A stretch of 64,000 nt of DNA, from positions 328,609,402 through 328,673,401 of the forward strand of contig NC_085841.1 of the NCBI RefSeq assembly GCF_035594765.1, given 5' to 3'. Position numbers and translations under genes: made by a program. Shown piece after piece: positions 37,601-50,800 of the stretch (its first letter is position 1; each line of letters opens with the position of its first letter). A model generated the notes under the pieces. The model saw only the letters and a list, made by a program, of their open reading frames with translations. It ran no database searches and was not told where the DNA came from. Origin of the DNA: Anolis carolinensis. Taxonomy: Eukaryota.

Positions 37601-40600
37601 GAAACCTGATCTCCGAGGGTCCCCATCCAACAGTCCAACCTTAATTTCTTGCTTTTAGGCCAGAATTACTCACAAAACCACATCTCTGTTTAAAAGTTGT
37701 TTATGATCATCTTGCTCCTGCTTTGTGCAAACAAGCCAAGAAGGCTTGCATCAAAAGCGGAAACAATGACTAATAGATTGTAAACAAGTGTAAATATTGC
37801 TGCTGAGTTTAAATCATGACTTGATATTCTGGCTTGCTTAGACAGCATTAACCATAGCTTTCCAGCTGTGACAGGAAGCCATGGTTACTACTTTTTTAAA
37901 GTCATGTTCTAGTATTTGCGCAACCGTACAGGAACATCAGTTGTATCTCAGTTTATTAAAGTGAGAATAGAACCAGGTCCTAAGTATGTACTACATTTGG
38001 ACTACAGTGTTCCCTCACTTATTGTGGGGGTTACGTTCCAGGACCACCCGCAAAAAGTGAAAATCCTCAAAGTAAGAACGCTATATTTGTGTTGTTTGCA
38101 AGTAGCGTCTCTGTCCCCTCCTCGCCTCTCAAGCACACACATGTGTGCTCCCGCCGCTGCCTTGTAAGGCGAAAACAAAGCTGCTTCAGCCTCCTTTTCT
38201 CTCCCTTCCTTAGGCTTCTCCTTGGGAAGAAAGTAGAAAGAGGGATTTATAAGGGATTTATAATATTTTGTGATTTATACTATCATTTTAGTGTTTATTA
38301 AAAACCCGCGATAGTGAGGGAGTGAAAAGTGAACTGCAAAGTAGGGAGGGAACACTATAGGACTATCCAAATACCATATTGTGACTTCTCCAATACTCTT
38401 AAGATAGACTTTAAAGGGTTAAACTACTGGGTGCTATTCAAGATAAGGTTGCTGTTATATAGAAACAAATAATGACTAATTCCCTAGAAATCATGGAGAA
38501 CTTCATTACTCTTGTGCCACTTTGTGTGGTCCTTCCCTGCACCTAAATATGTGAAAGGCAGATTCTGCCTGACCTTGGAATCTAAGAAAGATGGGAGATC
38601 ACCAATGAATTTTGAATGCTGTAGATAAGATTTCAGAGGAAGGAACTGGCAAAACCACCTCTTAATCATTTCCTGCATAAGAAAACCCTAAGAAATTCAT
38701 GGGATCACCCTAAATTGACAGGTGACTGGAAGGCATATGCATACACATTAAAGATAGCTCTCCACATTCACTGGAGTTTGGGGTACAGGACATCTGTAAA
38801 AGTGAAAATTGGCAAATAAAGCTATTTATTCTGTTTGTTGTCTTATATATATATCTCAATGAATACAGGGTTTTTTTAAATTGCCATTTTGCTTTACCTG
38901 AAAACCCCTCTTTTGAAATTTTGAGGTCCTCCACCACAGCTCTGTGGTCAACCTCTGCTGGAAGTGGAGCACACAATCGCACTGGAGGATCTAGACATTC
39001 CTAGAATGTTTTAATCAAATAAATAAATAATCAAGCCCACAAATGTGGAGGGCTAATTATACTACCGCTCTTTGGATTTTGGAATTTTTTTAATACATAT
39101 ATGACATATTACTTCTTTTCTTTGTCACACAGAAATAATTACTGGCATTAATTAATTTTCAAATTTCTCAAAAATATTTTAAGAAAAGTATTGACAGTTG
39201 GATTTAAAATTTCACACATATTAAGATAATGTCAGTATACAAAACGTGGTATGACTGGATAGTGTGTACGTAGTAGCAAACATGCATTTGCTGCAGTGTA
39301 GTATGTGAAGTGGCTCTTAACTGAAGAGACAGAATTACTAGATAGAACAGTGATGGCTTAGGGGCATTAAATCTGAGCATAATTTCAGATCTCAAGTTCG
39401 TTAGATTTATTTTATTTGGGGAAAAACTGTCTGAAACAAACAGGAAACATCAAACTCTATGGTGTATCATACTATTAGGTGCAGTGTCTACAGTCTGAGG
39501 CTTACACAGACTTCTCTGCAAAATCAAGACAGATGAGCTATTAATACAGCCTGGATAAGGGTTTGATGGAAGTATATTTCAACAGGAATCAGGTGAATAA
39601 AAATACTTGAGTCTATTGTCTTTGAAATATCTCAGATGCAGTAAGCTGACTCGTAGTTTTAGACTCATTTACTAAGGATTGAATACCAGGGCTTGTCATA
39701 CATTCCCCTAGTCTGAGAGTTGCTCCTTGGAGTAAAAATGAAATGCAGACTCCACAATTCTTTTGGTGTACAACATTTGTGTACACCAGAGCTCGCAGCA
39801 CGTTACTGTGTTGGTTACAATGTGTAGGTGTGTCGAATGAACCTCTAACTGTGAAATAAACAATAAATAATATATTTTGAAAAATATAAATGACAGGTTT
39901 TCAAGAGACAGGTCCTCATACATTTCATTATTACAATTTACGTAAGTATTCAAATCTCTTATAAAGAGTTGTTGGAACCTCTAGTTTACTAGCAAAACTG
40001 TTGTGAAATAATGTATGTCTAAAAAGTGTCACCAATAGAAAATATTTGGAAAAGTTTGGTCTAAGCAGTGGGTATGAAAGCAGAAGGGCACTGGAAAAGT
40101 ATGTTGCTTGGTGCCAGAAAATTTTGTCTGCTTTCTCTCACCGCTAGTATGTAACCATAGAAAAAGTGAAATCACAAATGTAATACACCAATAGAATTCC
40201 AGGCAGTAAAGGCACATTTTAACTTGCCTGTTGTCCTACACACACGCACACCACTCGAATGAATAGAGCTTTCTTCCAAGAAAGCTACCTAGAATTAGAA
40301 ACGCATTTGGGATTGCAAAGTCTTAGTTAACTTGAAACAGTAATGCAATCGTCTCAGTTGCCACAGCAAATGCCTTTTTATTAGCCTCGTAGGAGGCTGG
40401 GAGTAGAAAAATTGAGAGTAAATTCTCTGACTGCTACTTAAAGTGGTGGTCCATGAACCAGTGTTGGTCCAGGAACCATAAGCTGCCACTCCTTGAAGAG
40501 ATTTCAGGCGAGAAAGAAATAATTGTAGTCAATGGATGCACATATGGTATCTGTCCCTGGCACACCGGAAGAAAAAAAAAATCACTAGTTCCCCCATATG

Positions 40601-40838
40601 AAATAACTTAAGAAGCACTTCCCTTGTTGTAGTAACTCATCTCTATTCTGTCCCGAAGCAGGGTATTGTGACCTTTAAGTTACCATAGAAATTAATACTT
40701 TCAATAATATGGGTATAGTGGGCAATTCAGCAAGCAAAGGGAGGGACTCTAGGGATTGTGTCAGCACAGTAGGAGTGCAAAATTATCTAAAGTGCAACAG
40801 ATCCAATTAGGTACTTAGCATGATCACGCATAAATAAC

Positions 40839-41978
40839 TGTTATGATTGAGCCTCATGGCTCTGTTACTGACAGACGTGGGCGTAAGACTCCTCGAGAGT
40901 CAGATACTCTCGAGGAGCGAGAAAGAAAAAGACTGCGAGACATTTTTGCAGCACCATCTGACGAAGAGTCTTTTGAGGGGTTTACGGAGAGAATGGAGGA
41001 GGGGCTGGTTAGCTCGGAGGAGGATGAGATGGATTGGACTCGGGTGAGGGAGGAATTGGGTGCCACTGGCCATGATGGGATAGAAGATGAATGGGGACCT
41101 TCAGGATTAGACCCATGGTCTAGCTGGAGGGATGGGACGGGATCCACAGCTGGAGATGCTGTGGGGCGTAGTCAGAGGTGTTCCAGCTCTGATGAGGAAA
41201 GTGATGAGGAAACGCCCGGGTTAAGGAGGACAGCTGACAGTGATGAGGATTTGTAACTGGCATAAAATGGGGCTTGGGAGCAATTGCAAATTGCGTTGGG
41301 CAAGGTAATCTGGACGAACGCTTGGGATCTGTGTGGGACGCTTTCCTGAAGACTGGTGTGTTTTCGTGTGCTGATACGTAAGTTGTTTTGGAATTCAGGG
41401 TCAGACGGCGGGAGGAATTGTGTGGGCATTTGTTTGTGCAAACCTGTGCTTACTCTTATTAGCTTGACCTTCCGTCGTCTTCTTGACGGACGCCATCTCC
41501 TGCTTTGAAATTCGGACTGAACTGACCACGGCTTGACTTCCCCCTTCTTGGACTTGGAAACTACAAACGTCTGCTTCTGGCTTTGATCTACGGAAAGGAA
41601 CTGGGTCTACTCTACTGCTACAATCCTTGGCTGATCTGTTCGTGCTGGAAATCCTGTCTGCTGTGTGTGTGGGAGCGACGCAAGTTACTCTAAGCACAGT
41701 GTTGGCAGCAGAGAGGAATCTGCTGCCAATTAGTTGCATTCTTTTGTATCTTTTGTTCCTCGGCTTTTGTTTTGTTTATCCCCAGGCTGAAGCAAGCAGT
41801 TTGTTTTTACCCGGATTAAACCCCGGTTTAATCCGGTTTATCTTTTGAACGTTTTTCCTTGTCCCTTTTTGCTCCTAAAGGCTAATACTGCCTGGCCCTT
41901 GTATTTTACGGGCATTTTTGAGTTCTGTAATCCAATAAACTCTGTTATCTTGAATCTTGTGGCGTTCTGTCCTTGACA
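40839..41978 (+). mobile_element. Solo LTR (1140 bp), probably Gypsy-like
   Basis: TG...CA ends, 5-bp TSD ATAAC (40834-40838 and 41979-41983), TATA-like CATAAAA at 41261 and AATAAA at 41934. Confidence 0.88.
40843..41256 (+). CDS. LTR U3-encoded acidic 137-aa ORF with an FxGF (LEDGF IBM/TIM-like) motif
   Basis: Intact ORF filling U3 from 4 nt inside the LTR to just before the TATA-like box. Basic N-terminus, DIFAAPSDEESFEGF, and several SDEE-type acidic clusters. Translation is unproven. Confidence 0.5.
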   Translation: MIEPHGSVTDRRGRKTPRESDTLEERERKRLRDIFAAPSDEESFEGFTERMEEGLVSSEEDEMDWTRVREELGATGHDGIEDEWGPSGLDPWSSWRDGTGSTAGDAVGRSQRCSSSDEESDEETPGLRRTADSDEDL

Positions 41979-42088
41979 ATAACATTATGCTGGCTCCATT
42001 TTTTCCTACTGTAAATATTGCCTAAATCTGATTGATTATATTTGATTAGAGAATAAGCTAGAGATACATGGAATGTCTCAACAGATTC

Positions 42089-45000
42089 CTACTCTAATTC
42101 CAATCTTCTCTGTCCTTCTTGAGACAGTTCCTTTATGATATCAACTTCTGTATCCCTCTGGGACTTCTGGATTCTGTTGATGAAAAACAGTAATTTCAAA
42201 TATTTTCAGAATGTAATGTGCCTCTTGCTAGTAACAAGACTGAAGAAGTAGTTGCAATACTATTTTGGAATTCCTTTCCATTTGGTAAGGATCCCACATA
42301 CATAATTTTCATCATGGTCTCCCAACAAAACTCCCAACAAAATTTGATGACAGTGTGACTCAACTTAGATAATCCAATAAATTTTACAGCCAGGCAGGGA
42401 ATTTCAGTATATAGACTACAAAATAAACCTAAAGTCAGGGCAAGGAAACATTCTATCATGGAGAAACCACCATTTCCCAAGTCTTCACTATAGGCCCAGC
42501 AGGCATTTGAGGGTGGACCTTTTCCTGTCTCAATCCCCCATTTTTAGTTCTAGGCTACTGTAAAGCTGAAATCACATTGGGGGAAATTAGAGACTCAGAC
42601 TCCTACAAATTCAAAACTTCCTAAATCAACCTCTGCTGATGGTATATCTATGCCTACAGAATTTTCCAAAGCAATTTCCTTACCATGGCAAATAATCAAT
42701 TATATCATATCCAGCAACCCCATAGCCAGCTCTGGCTGACTGTCGGATTATATATAACTGATTTTATTTTCAGCATAGATTTATTCTATGCCCTTTATAT
42801 ACCTTTTTGTTGCAGACTTCTCTTTCCTTACTGAGCCAGTGGCTTCTCTTCCTTTGTTTCTTACAAATTCTTCATCCAACCCAAATTGCTGCAAGGTTTC
42901 TTGGAAGAGCCTCTGAGCTCCCTGCCGAGCACCATGCTACCAAATCAAAAGTGACACATTTTAGCAGATCCTCTTCCCTTTGGGAATAATTCAAATTATT
43001 TTTACACTAAGATGGCAAGTAGATATCCATTTTAATATTGGTAGAAATGTGTGCTTTAGACTGTTCATTTGAGGGAATATTTCGAAGGCCATTATATTGA
43101 AACTGATCTACTTTTGACTAAATTGAAAAGTATCCTGTACTGCATTATGCTACCTGTACATTAAGGCCATGTTTACTTTTATATCAGTTATGAGAATCAT
43201 GCAACAATCTAGATATAACTCCCATCCCTCCTTGACAGTAGCTATGCTTTCATGGGTTGAAGGAAGTGCCAGTCAAACATTTCAGGGACTACATGATTCC
43301 CACTCCTGCTTTACAGAGTGTAGTATAGCTAATCTATAACTAAAACAGTCCTTTGTTCTTGATTCCCTCATCAGGTTTTTGCTAGCACTTCTTTTTTATC
43401 ACTCATACAAGAACTGGTTACCTTTGTGACCTGTTCAAATAAATATGGTCGGTTTTTCACTCGCATCTTCATTTCATCTAGTTCTTTTTGATACTCTTTC
43501 AGTCTTTTTTGGTCATTCTGCCTGTAACAAGAGTTTTCCTTACTGACAGAGAAAATAGTTGAAGACTTGCAATTAAACATTAAAAAAACAACAACATAAC
43601 AGTGCTGAAACAGGTTGAGCATCTTTATCTGGAATTCTGAATCCAAAATCCTGGAAAATCTGAAATTGTCCCCATAGGTAATAGTGACATCTTTGCTTCC
43701 TGAAGATTCAGTGTACATACATACAATTTTTGTTTTCATGAATAACATTCTTAAAAATACTGTGTGTCAAAACTTTGGTACATATTACTGTGCTCATGCT
43801 TTTTCCCCTAATCCTGTTCTATTCACTAAGTTCATTTCTTAGTAACCCTTTATTAAATTCCAGTAATGTATTACCTAACCAATTTGAATACTGACCAGTT
43901 CTGTTTCAGCTTTTCTTTGTACGTCTCCTCCAAGCTTTTATGGGGATCCATGGCTTTTGCTCGGGAATTCACAGTCTTATGCATAGCTTGACATTTCTTC
44001 CTCTGCAGCTCAGCCCAGCGAGCTCCTTCATTCTCCTTGTATTTTTTATCCTCTTGGAGGAATCTGTTGAGAAGGACATAGTAAGCAAAACATCAGTATT
44101 TCAAAATGAAATCATCCAAAACCAGAAATCAAACATGAGCCAGTCAAGTTTTCCAGGTAAAACAAAGTATGTGAACAATGTGAAGCTGTATTAGTCCTCT
44201 GCTAGAAAAAGAAATGTGGCTAATGGTGACACCTATTTCATAAGATGATCAAAAATTGCTGAAAGGTGAGAAAGTTTATCAAAACTGACCAGAATCTTTC
44301 CTCCTGGTCATATTTCTAATAATTTCTCCACATTATCTGAATACTGAGTTTTTAACCTAGAAGAGTTTGGGCCATTTTATAAAATATAAGCTCAGTTAAC
44401 ATGACTTGAACACAGTTATTACCCACAACGAATTAAAGAGATAATCACAGATATTATTGCTCACTTAATAGCAGATTTCCTCTTTCTTGCTGCATCCGTT
44501 ATATAGACTGGAAGTGTATTGGAGGAAAGGGAGGAAAGACAAGTCAAAGAACGGCTTCTTTGCAGCGGTGCCTTGGAAGGCTGGTGTACTTCCTGAAAGC
44601 AAGAATATTTTGTACTGATTTTAAAAGCTTTTATATCCCTTTAGCTGTATGTTCATTCTCTCGTGTACATGTATGTGTGAGTCACTCCATGCACTGAACA
44701 CCTATTAAGACATATGCAGTTGGGCTAGCAAAGCAGTTTTTCCTGCTGCTTTTACTAACCCAACTAAAGCCTCCAGTGGCTAGCTATTTTAGCTAAGGGA
44801 TTCAATGAGCTGTACTCCCAAAGAGTAAGTTCTGGCAAATACCTTCCATTGGAGGCAGTGGAAAGGGAAAACATTTGAAAATAGCCACCCTTTCCATCTT
44901 CTCTTCCTGTCAATGTTGAGCTGGTAAAGCTTATGAAATGGCATCTTATCTACCTCCTCTTTATCTCCATTTTAGGATTTTCTGTCAATAGTGGAAGTAC

Positions 45001-48000
45001 AATTGGCCCTCCGCATTGCAGATTTGATTGTCCATGGATTTGATTAATATGCTATCTCTAGGAATCTCTAGATCTTAAAACACAATTCTGTTGAATGTGT
45101 TGTCAAAGGCTTTTGTTGACAATTCTGTTGTCAACTTTCAGCAGAAGTTGACAGCAGAACTATTCTGAAAGACTTACAGATTCCTCGAGAGGTTAAAAAA
45201 CAGCATATTTTAATTTGTGTTGTTTTTTTTTTCCTTTTTGTGGGGGTCCTATGTCCCTAACCCTAAAAAATGTGGAGGACCCACTGTATGTCTGTTATCT
45301 CCTTCATTTTTAAAAGTTATTCCAATAGAAAGCAATTATATTTAAATATAAGTTCACTGCTTGTTGTTCTTGTTCCACAACATTTTTTTCAAATAGAAAG
45401 CAACTATTTTTTAAAGAAGTGGCACTACAGGTTTTTCTTGTTCCACAACAATTTTCTCCCCAATAAGGACTAACACTGCAATGTAAACATGAAGTAGGCT
45501 AAAGGAGTAGGTTAAAACTATTGCTTTTACCATCATCTCCTGATGTTTGCAACGGAGATTAGATGTTCTCAACTGGAATGGTTTATTATGAGTTGCTTCT
45601 TTCATTTCTCGTTTGCTTTGTGCATCTCGTTGGAAAGCCCAGTAAAGTCCTTCAAAGTCAGGCACTGATTTGTTAATTCTTGGTTTAAAACTGAAGTTCT
45701 CCTGTAGAAAGCTAAGCTTTTGTTCCCTGTTTTTGGTGGCAGTTTGGGATCCTTTCTTTCTTTGTCTATTGTCCAACTCAATAGGCGCCCAGGAGGTTTC
45801 CAGTAAATCCTTAGATCTCATCTGAATACGGATTTTTCTTAGAAGTTCAGTTTCTGAGAATTAAAAGCAAAACCAATAAACATTCAGCATTGGAAAAAGG
45901 TATGCAAATCTAGCTGATGTTGCAGTAAAAAAGCTGGGAACTCTAAAATCATGTAATTTGGAATCTCCTATACCAAATGCAAAACTATGTAGAATATATA
46001 TATTATTTAGAACAGTTCAGTAATTCTCATTGATTTCCTGTTTGAGTTCAGAAACTGTGCATTCTAGCCATGCCTTTGAACGAAGCAAGAGCAATCAAGT
46101 CTGAGGGTGCATCTACACTATAGAATTAATGTGGTTGATTTATTTATTTATTTTTACAGCTTTTATTTTCTGCCCTTCTCACCCCGACGGGGACTCAGGG
46201 CGGATCACAGAATACATATATGACAAACATTCAATGTTGATTATAACAATGACAAGACAGACAACAGATAGAGTATATAAGCTTTCCCATCTTTTGGCAT
46301 GTTTGGAGTCTGTGCTTGATTCCGGCCACCAGGGGGTGCTGTCACCCATCTCTCTGCCAAAGAGCTTTCTTTTTCGTAAATTTCCTTCTTTTTCTGATCA
46401 AAATGCCGAGCCTAAATAAATACCTGCCCGCTTTTAATGCGGTTCCTATTTATCAACTCAAATTTGTTTTCGAACTGCTAGGTTGGCGGAAGCTAGTCTT
46501 AAAGTCAGGAGCTCACCCTGACCCGTGCTTTGAACTGTCAGCCTTCTGGTTGGCAAGATTATTGCAGCTTGGTGATTAACCTGCTGTGCTAAAGCCCAGG
46601 CCGACAACCACTTTAACTATGGCCCCATCTGCACTGCCCTATAATGCAGTCTGAAACTACAGTATATGGCCAGTATAGACACATATAATACAGTTCAATA
46701 CAGTTAAACTGCATTATATGATTCTATACTGATCATATAATGTAGTTTCAGACTGCATTATAAGGTGGTGTAGATTGGGCCTATCATGGCTAAGTGCTAT
46801 GGAATCATGGGAGCTGTAGTTACACAAGGTTTTTAATTTCTCTGACAAAGAGTGGTGGTACCTCATCAAACTACAAACTGCAGAATTCCATAGCATTGAG
46901 CCAGTGCAGTTAAAGTAGTGTCAAACTGCATTAATTCAACAATGTAGATGCACCTTTAGTTAAAATCCATACTTAAAGAGGCTTGCTGCCACCAGAAACA
47001 TTGACCTCACAGGCAGAAAATAACAAGGGTCTACAGAGAAAATCTGCAGAAGCTTGACAAAACATTTTTAAAGAAACCCTTACATTTTATCTACTCTTCC
47101 CTATTGAGGAAGAAGAATTTCTGGCTACTAAGCCTAAATCACCCATACTGGAAGTTCCAGTCAAATTGCAAAACCCCCAGGGACAGCCTTCCCAGCAAAA
47201 GTAAACTTCTTCACAGAGGAAGAGTACATCTTGACAGCTGCCATAATATGACATGACTCTTTTCCTGGAATACACACTCAACCCTTTACCTTTGAGTTTA
47301 TCCCCAAACACTGGTTCAAAAGTGGACTTGGGGATCCTCTTCTTGATTTTTGGTGCTGTTTTGTTAGTAGAACCAATGATGTCCAGAACCTTTTGCCGGA
47401 TGGCCTCCTTTCTCTTTTTTTCTTTTTCTTCAAAGCTGAAGGGTTTTTGCATAGAAAAAAGCAGTTCCCTTCTTTTCTGCATCTCCACCTGTCTACGGAT
47501 TTCATTCTTTTCCATGATTTCCTGGTAGAGGGGCAAATAGACATGCGCAGGGACAGGTTGGGCCCTGAACTGTTTCTGGCATTCCACTTCTTCTTGGCTT
47601 TGTCTTTTCTGTTCAGTTGTCTCAAGTTCAAGGAACACGTGCGATTTTAACAACAGAGACTTTTTGCGAGCTTCTCGCAATGTCATTTTGAAGGGCTGAG
47701 GAATCGTGATAGAAGACATCCAAGCAGCTGAGGCACTCTTTGATTTGGAAAAAGATAGCGAAGGTGAATAATGATTGCACAGATCTTCTGAGTTATTTAA
47801 TGTGAGGTCAGTCAAAGAGCTGACCCTTCTTATGTTCCCGGACCTAAGGATAAGGTACAAAGGGCACAAAGGCAAAGAGAAAGATTATATCTGAGAATGC
47901 TTTCCTCTGAATATATGAAACAATTATGTACATTTTTAGCAGACACTTGCATATTATGGAAGAGTTTCAAGCCTACTGCATTCTTTTATTGGCTGGAAAG

Positions 48001-50620
48001 TCTTCCTTAGTATGACTTAGTAGAATAACAGCACTCAAGTGTATTGTAAAAAACTAGAGTTACCTCCCCCCAAGCTTTTTCTTCCCTTCCTTTCTTCCCT
48101 CCCTCCCTCCTCTTACTTATCTGGGCTTTGACTCTGCCCATCACTCCCTTTGTAGCTCTTTTCTTGCTCCCTCCCTCCTCATTCTACACAAATTACCTTT
48201 CTTTCCCAGTGACATCACAGAGGGCCACTTCACCTAGCAACAGCCTATCCTTGACCTAGCAACAGTCAATCTTTCCTTATCAACAGCCTTTGTGGGACAA
48301 ACACACCGACAAATAAACATACATGCTTTGACTTGTATATGTAGATAGATAGATAGACAGATAGATATGTAGGTGTAGATATAGATCAGGCATGGGCAAA
48401 CTCTGGCCCTCCATGTGTTTTGGACTTCAACATCCACAATTCCTAACTGGCTGTGAGGAATTGTGGGAGTTAAAGCCCAATACATCTGAAGGGCCAAAGT
48501 TTGCCCATGCCTGATATAGATAGATCTAGGAGAAATCTCTCCAATACAACTTGTTAATACTATGGAAAAAATAAGGCACTGTGATACATTTTACCTTAAA
48601 GCTTCACTGTACTTTGTTGGCAACATCAGTCTTCCATTGTCCTGGAAAAAGTCTTCCAGTTCCTTGTCTTCCTTGGATGGTTTGAGGATGTTCTCCAGTT
48701 TTAGCTGGTACATAAGACCTAACTCTAGCAAATACTGTCTGTTTTTTTCTTTAAGGATCTGAAGCGAGTCATAAAAGCCCTGGTCAGAATGTGAGGAAGC
48801 AGCTTCATCCGACAGGAGCAAATCCAGCAACTCCCCTCTATTGGGTAGACTGGCATGGCCGGCCTGCCCAATGTGTGACTGAGAATCTGACTGTCCTTCC
48901 ATCGAAAAAACCTGGGACAATGAGAACAACAAGAAAAAGACATTGAACACTGAAAAGCATTTCAAAAATCATCTTCATTATCATTATTGTTATTATGATA
49001 ATTATATTTATTCATATCTCACTTTTTTTTCTGTGACAAGAGACACAGAGTGGCTAGGGGGAAAAAGAAACATTGATTTCATATACACCACTTTCATGAG
49101 CTTCAGTTTTTCAACAAGCCAATCAGACTAGTAAATATGCTATGCCGTTTAATACTGTGATTTCTGTCCCTGCATAGCTACTTGCAAATGAAACCCTAAC
49201 TTTCAAATAAATGTGCTTCTAATGGTTTCCATGAAAGCAAATATTATTTGTGATGTAGTGTAATTTTAGATTGTTCCTACTGCTTATTTTTCTATCTTTT
49301 TTTTGCTGTTGCTTTCAGGAGTTCTACTTCAGAAAATGATGTCTCAAGATATCTAAAACTATCATCAGTGTATCAATACTATTAATAATAATAATCCAGA
49401 ACCTTGGATAAGCGAGTCTTGGATAAGTGAGACTCTACTGTAGTAAAATATTGTAATTTAATGCTTATATTGTGCTATGCCAATAATACATTCTGTGTTC
49501 ATTTGATTTGTAAGCTGCTCTGAGTCCCCTTCGGGGTGAGAAGAGCGGGATATAAATGTAATAAATAAATAAATAATAAATAAAATTATTAAAATATTTT
49601 AGTCACCACCTAAATAAATAAATAAATAAATACAGGGGAAATATTTTTTAAAAACAATAAAATAATGAGTTGGTATGAGTTTTCCAGACTGTCTCGGCAT
49701 GTTCCAGAAGCCTTCCCTCCTGACGTTTCACCCACATCTATGCCAGGCATCCTCAGAGGTTGTGAGGTCTGTTGGAAACTAGGCAAGTGGGGTTTATATA
49801 TCTATGAAATGACCAGGGTGGGAGAAAAAAAACACTTGTCTGTTTGATGCAAGTGTGAATGTTGCAATTGGGCAGCTTGATTAGCATTGAATAGCCTTGC
49901 AGCTTCAAAGCCTGGCTGTTTCCTGTCTGAGGGAATCTTTTATTGGGGGGTGTTAGCTGGCCCTGATTGTTTCCTGTCTGGAACAAAAAAATGATAATAA
50001 ATTATTAGTACAGTAGAGTCTCACTTATCCAACATAAACAGGCCGGCAGAATGTTGGATAAGCGAATATGTTGGATAATGAGGCATTACGGAAAAGCCTA
50101 TTAAACATCAAATTAGGTTATGATTTCACAAATGAAGCACCAAAACATCATGTTAGACAACAAATTTGGCAGGAAAAGTAGTTCAATACACAGTAATGCT
50201 ATGTAATGCTTACTGTAATGCACAGTAATGCTTACTGTATTTATGAATTTAGCACCAAAATATCACGATATATTGAAAACATTGACTACAAAAATGCGTT
50301 GGATAATCCAGAACATTGGATAAGCGAGACTCTACTGTATTTCAGTTATTACTACAGTATTTGCATTATATGTGTACTTTGCTTTATTATGCCAACCCCT
50401 GGTTTTATTTGGCAAGGAATAGTGCCATGTCCTTTCGTCAGAAATACAGACATATAGCAGCTGATATTCCTTGGCGGTCTCCCACCCAAGTATAAACCAG
50501 TGCTGACCCTGCTTAGCTTCAAAGATCAGCGAGGTCTACTGCTTTGGGATATTTAGGTCATTATCTGCACCGTACCCGTCCCATCTGCTTGGGCTCCGCT
50601 CCAGCCGCCGAGACCGTCAT
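42089..50620 (-). CDS. FAM161B: FAM161 centrosomal/ciliary protein B, 617 aa
   Basis: Exons in transcript order: 50620-50576, 48911-48595, 47843-47290, 45853-45531, 44592-44465, 44063-43896, 43521-43422, 42936-42803, 42173-42089. All are GT-AG with consistent phase. Motifs ITIPQPFKMTLREARKK, QFRAQPVPAHVYLPLYQEIM, KAMDPHKSLEE, RPYLFEQV. First and last exons are less certain. Confidence 0.92.
46138..46602 (-). mobile_element. SINE with Sauria-like head and L2-type tail, inserted in a Harbinger-type MITE
   Basis: Reverse strand has gccaacctagcagttcgaaaac and a tccgccctgagtcccc...(TAAA)n tail. Confidence 0.6.
48387..48513. mobile_element. hAT MITE (related copy about 3319-3492)
   Basis: TIR CAGGCATGGGCAAACT / AGTTTGCCCATGCCTG with 8-bp TSD ATATAGAT. 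Confidence 0.82.
50380..50540 (-). mobile_element. 5S rRNA-derived SINE (second copy about 38550-38750, + strand)
   Basis: Reverse complement tgatctttgaagctaagcagggtcagcactggtttatacttgggtgggagaccgccaaggaata follows the 5S rRNA A/IE/C box region. Confidence 0.75.
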
Positions 50621-50800
50621 TGTCGGCTCGACCACCACCATGCCTTGCCTCGAGAACCCCGAGCAATAGGAACCCTCCTTTTGGAACGTCGCTGACGCGG
50701 CCCCGCCCTCTCTCGGCACTCATTGGTCGGGTTCTGTTGTCCTCTCGCCGTTGTCAAGGTATTGGGCAGTTCATTTCCGGTCACGGGCATTACTTCCAAA
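50621..50800. promoter_or_regulatory. Bidirectional CpG promoter of FAM161B and COQ6
   Basis: Divergent ATGs 180 bp apart. GC box 50701-50708, two ATTGG (CCAAT) boxes near 50722 and 50761, ETS ATTTCCGGT near 50773, YY1 CAAAATGGCGGC overlapping the COQ6 ATG. Confidence 0.85.

Noticed and set aside
50455-50540. Functional 5S rRNA gene
   Set aside because: Partial and diverged, and continues into a SINE-type tail.
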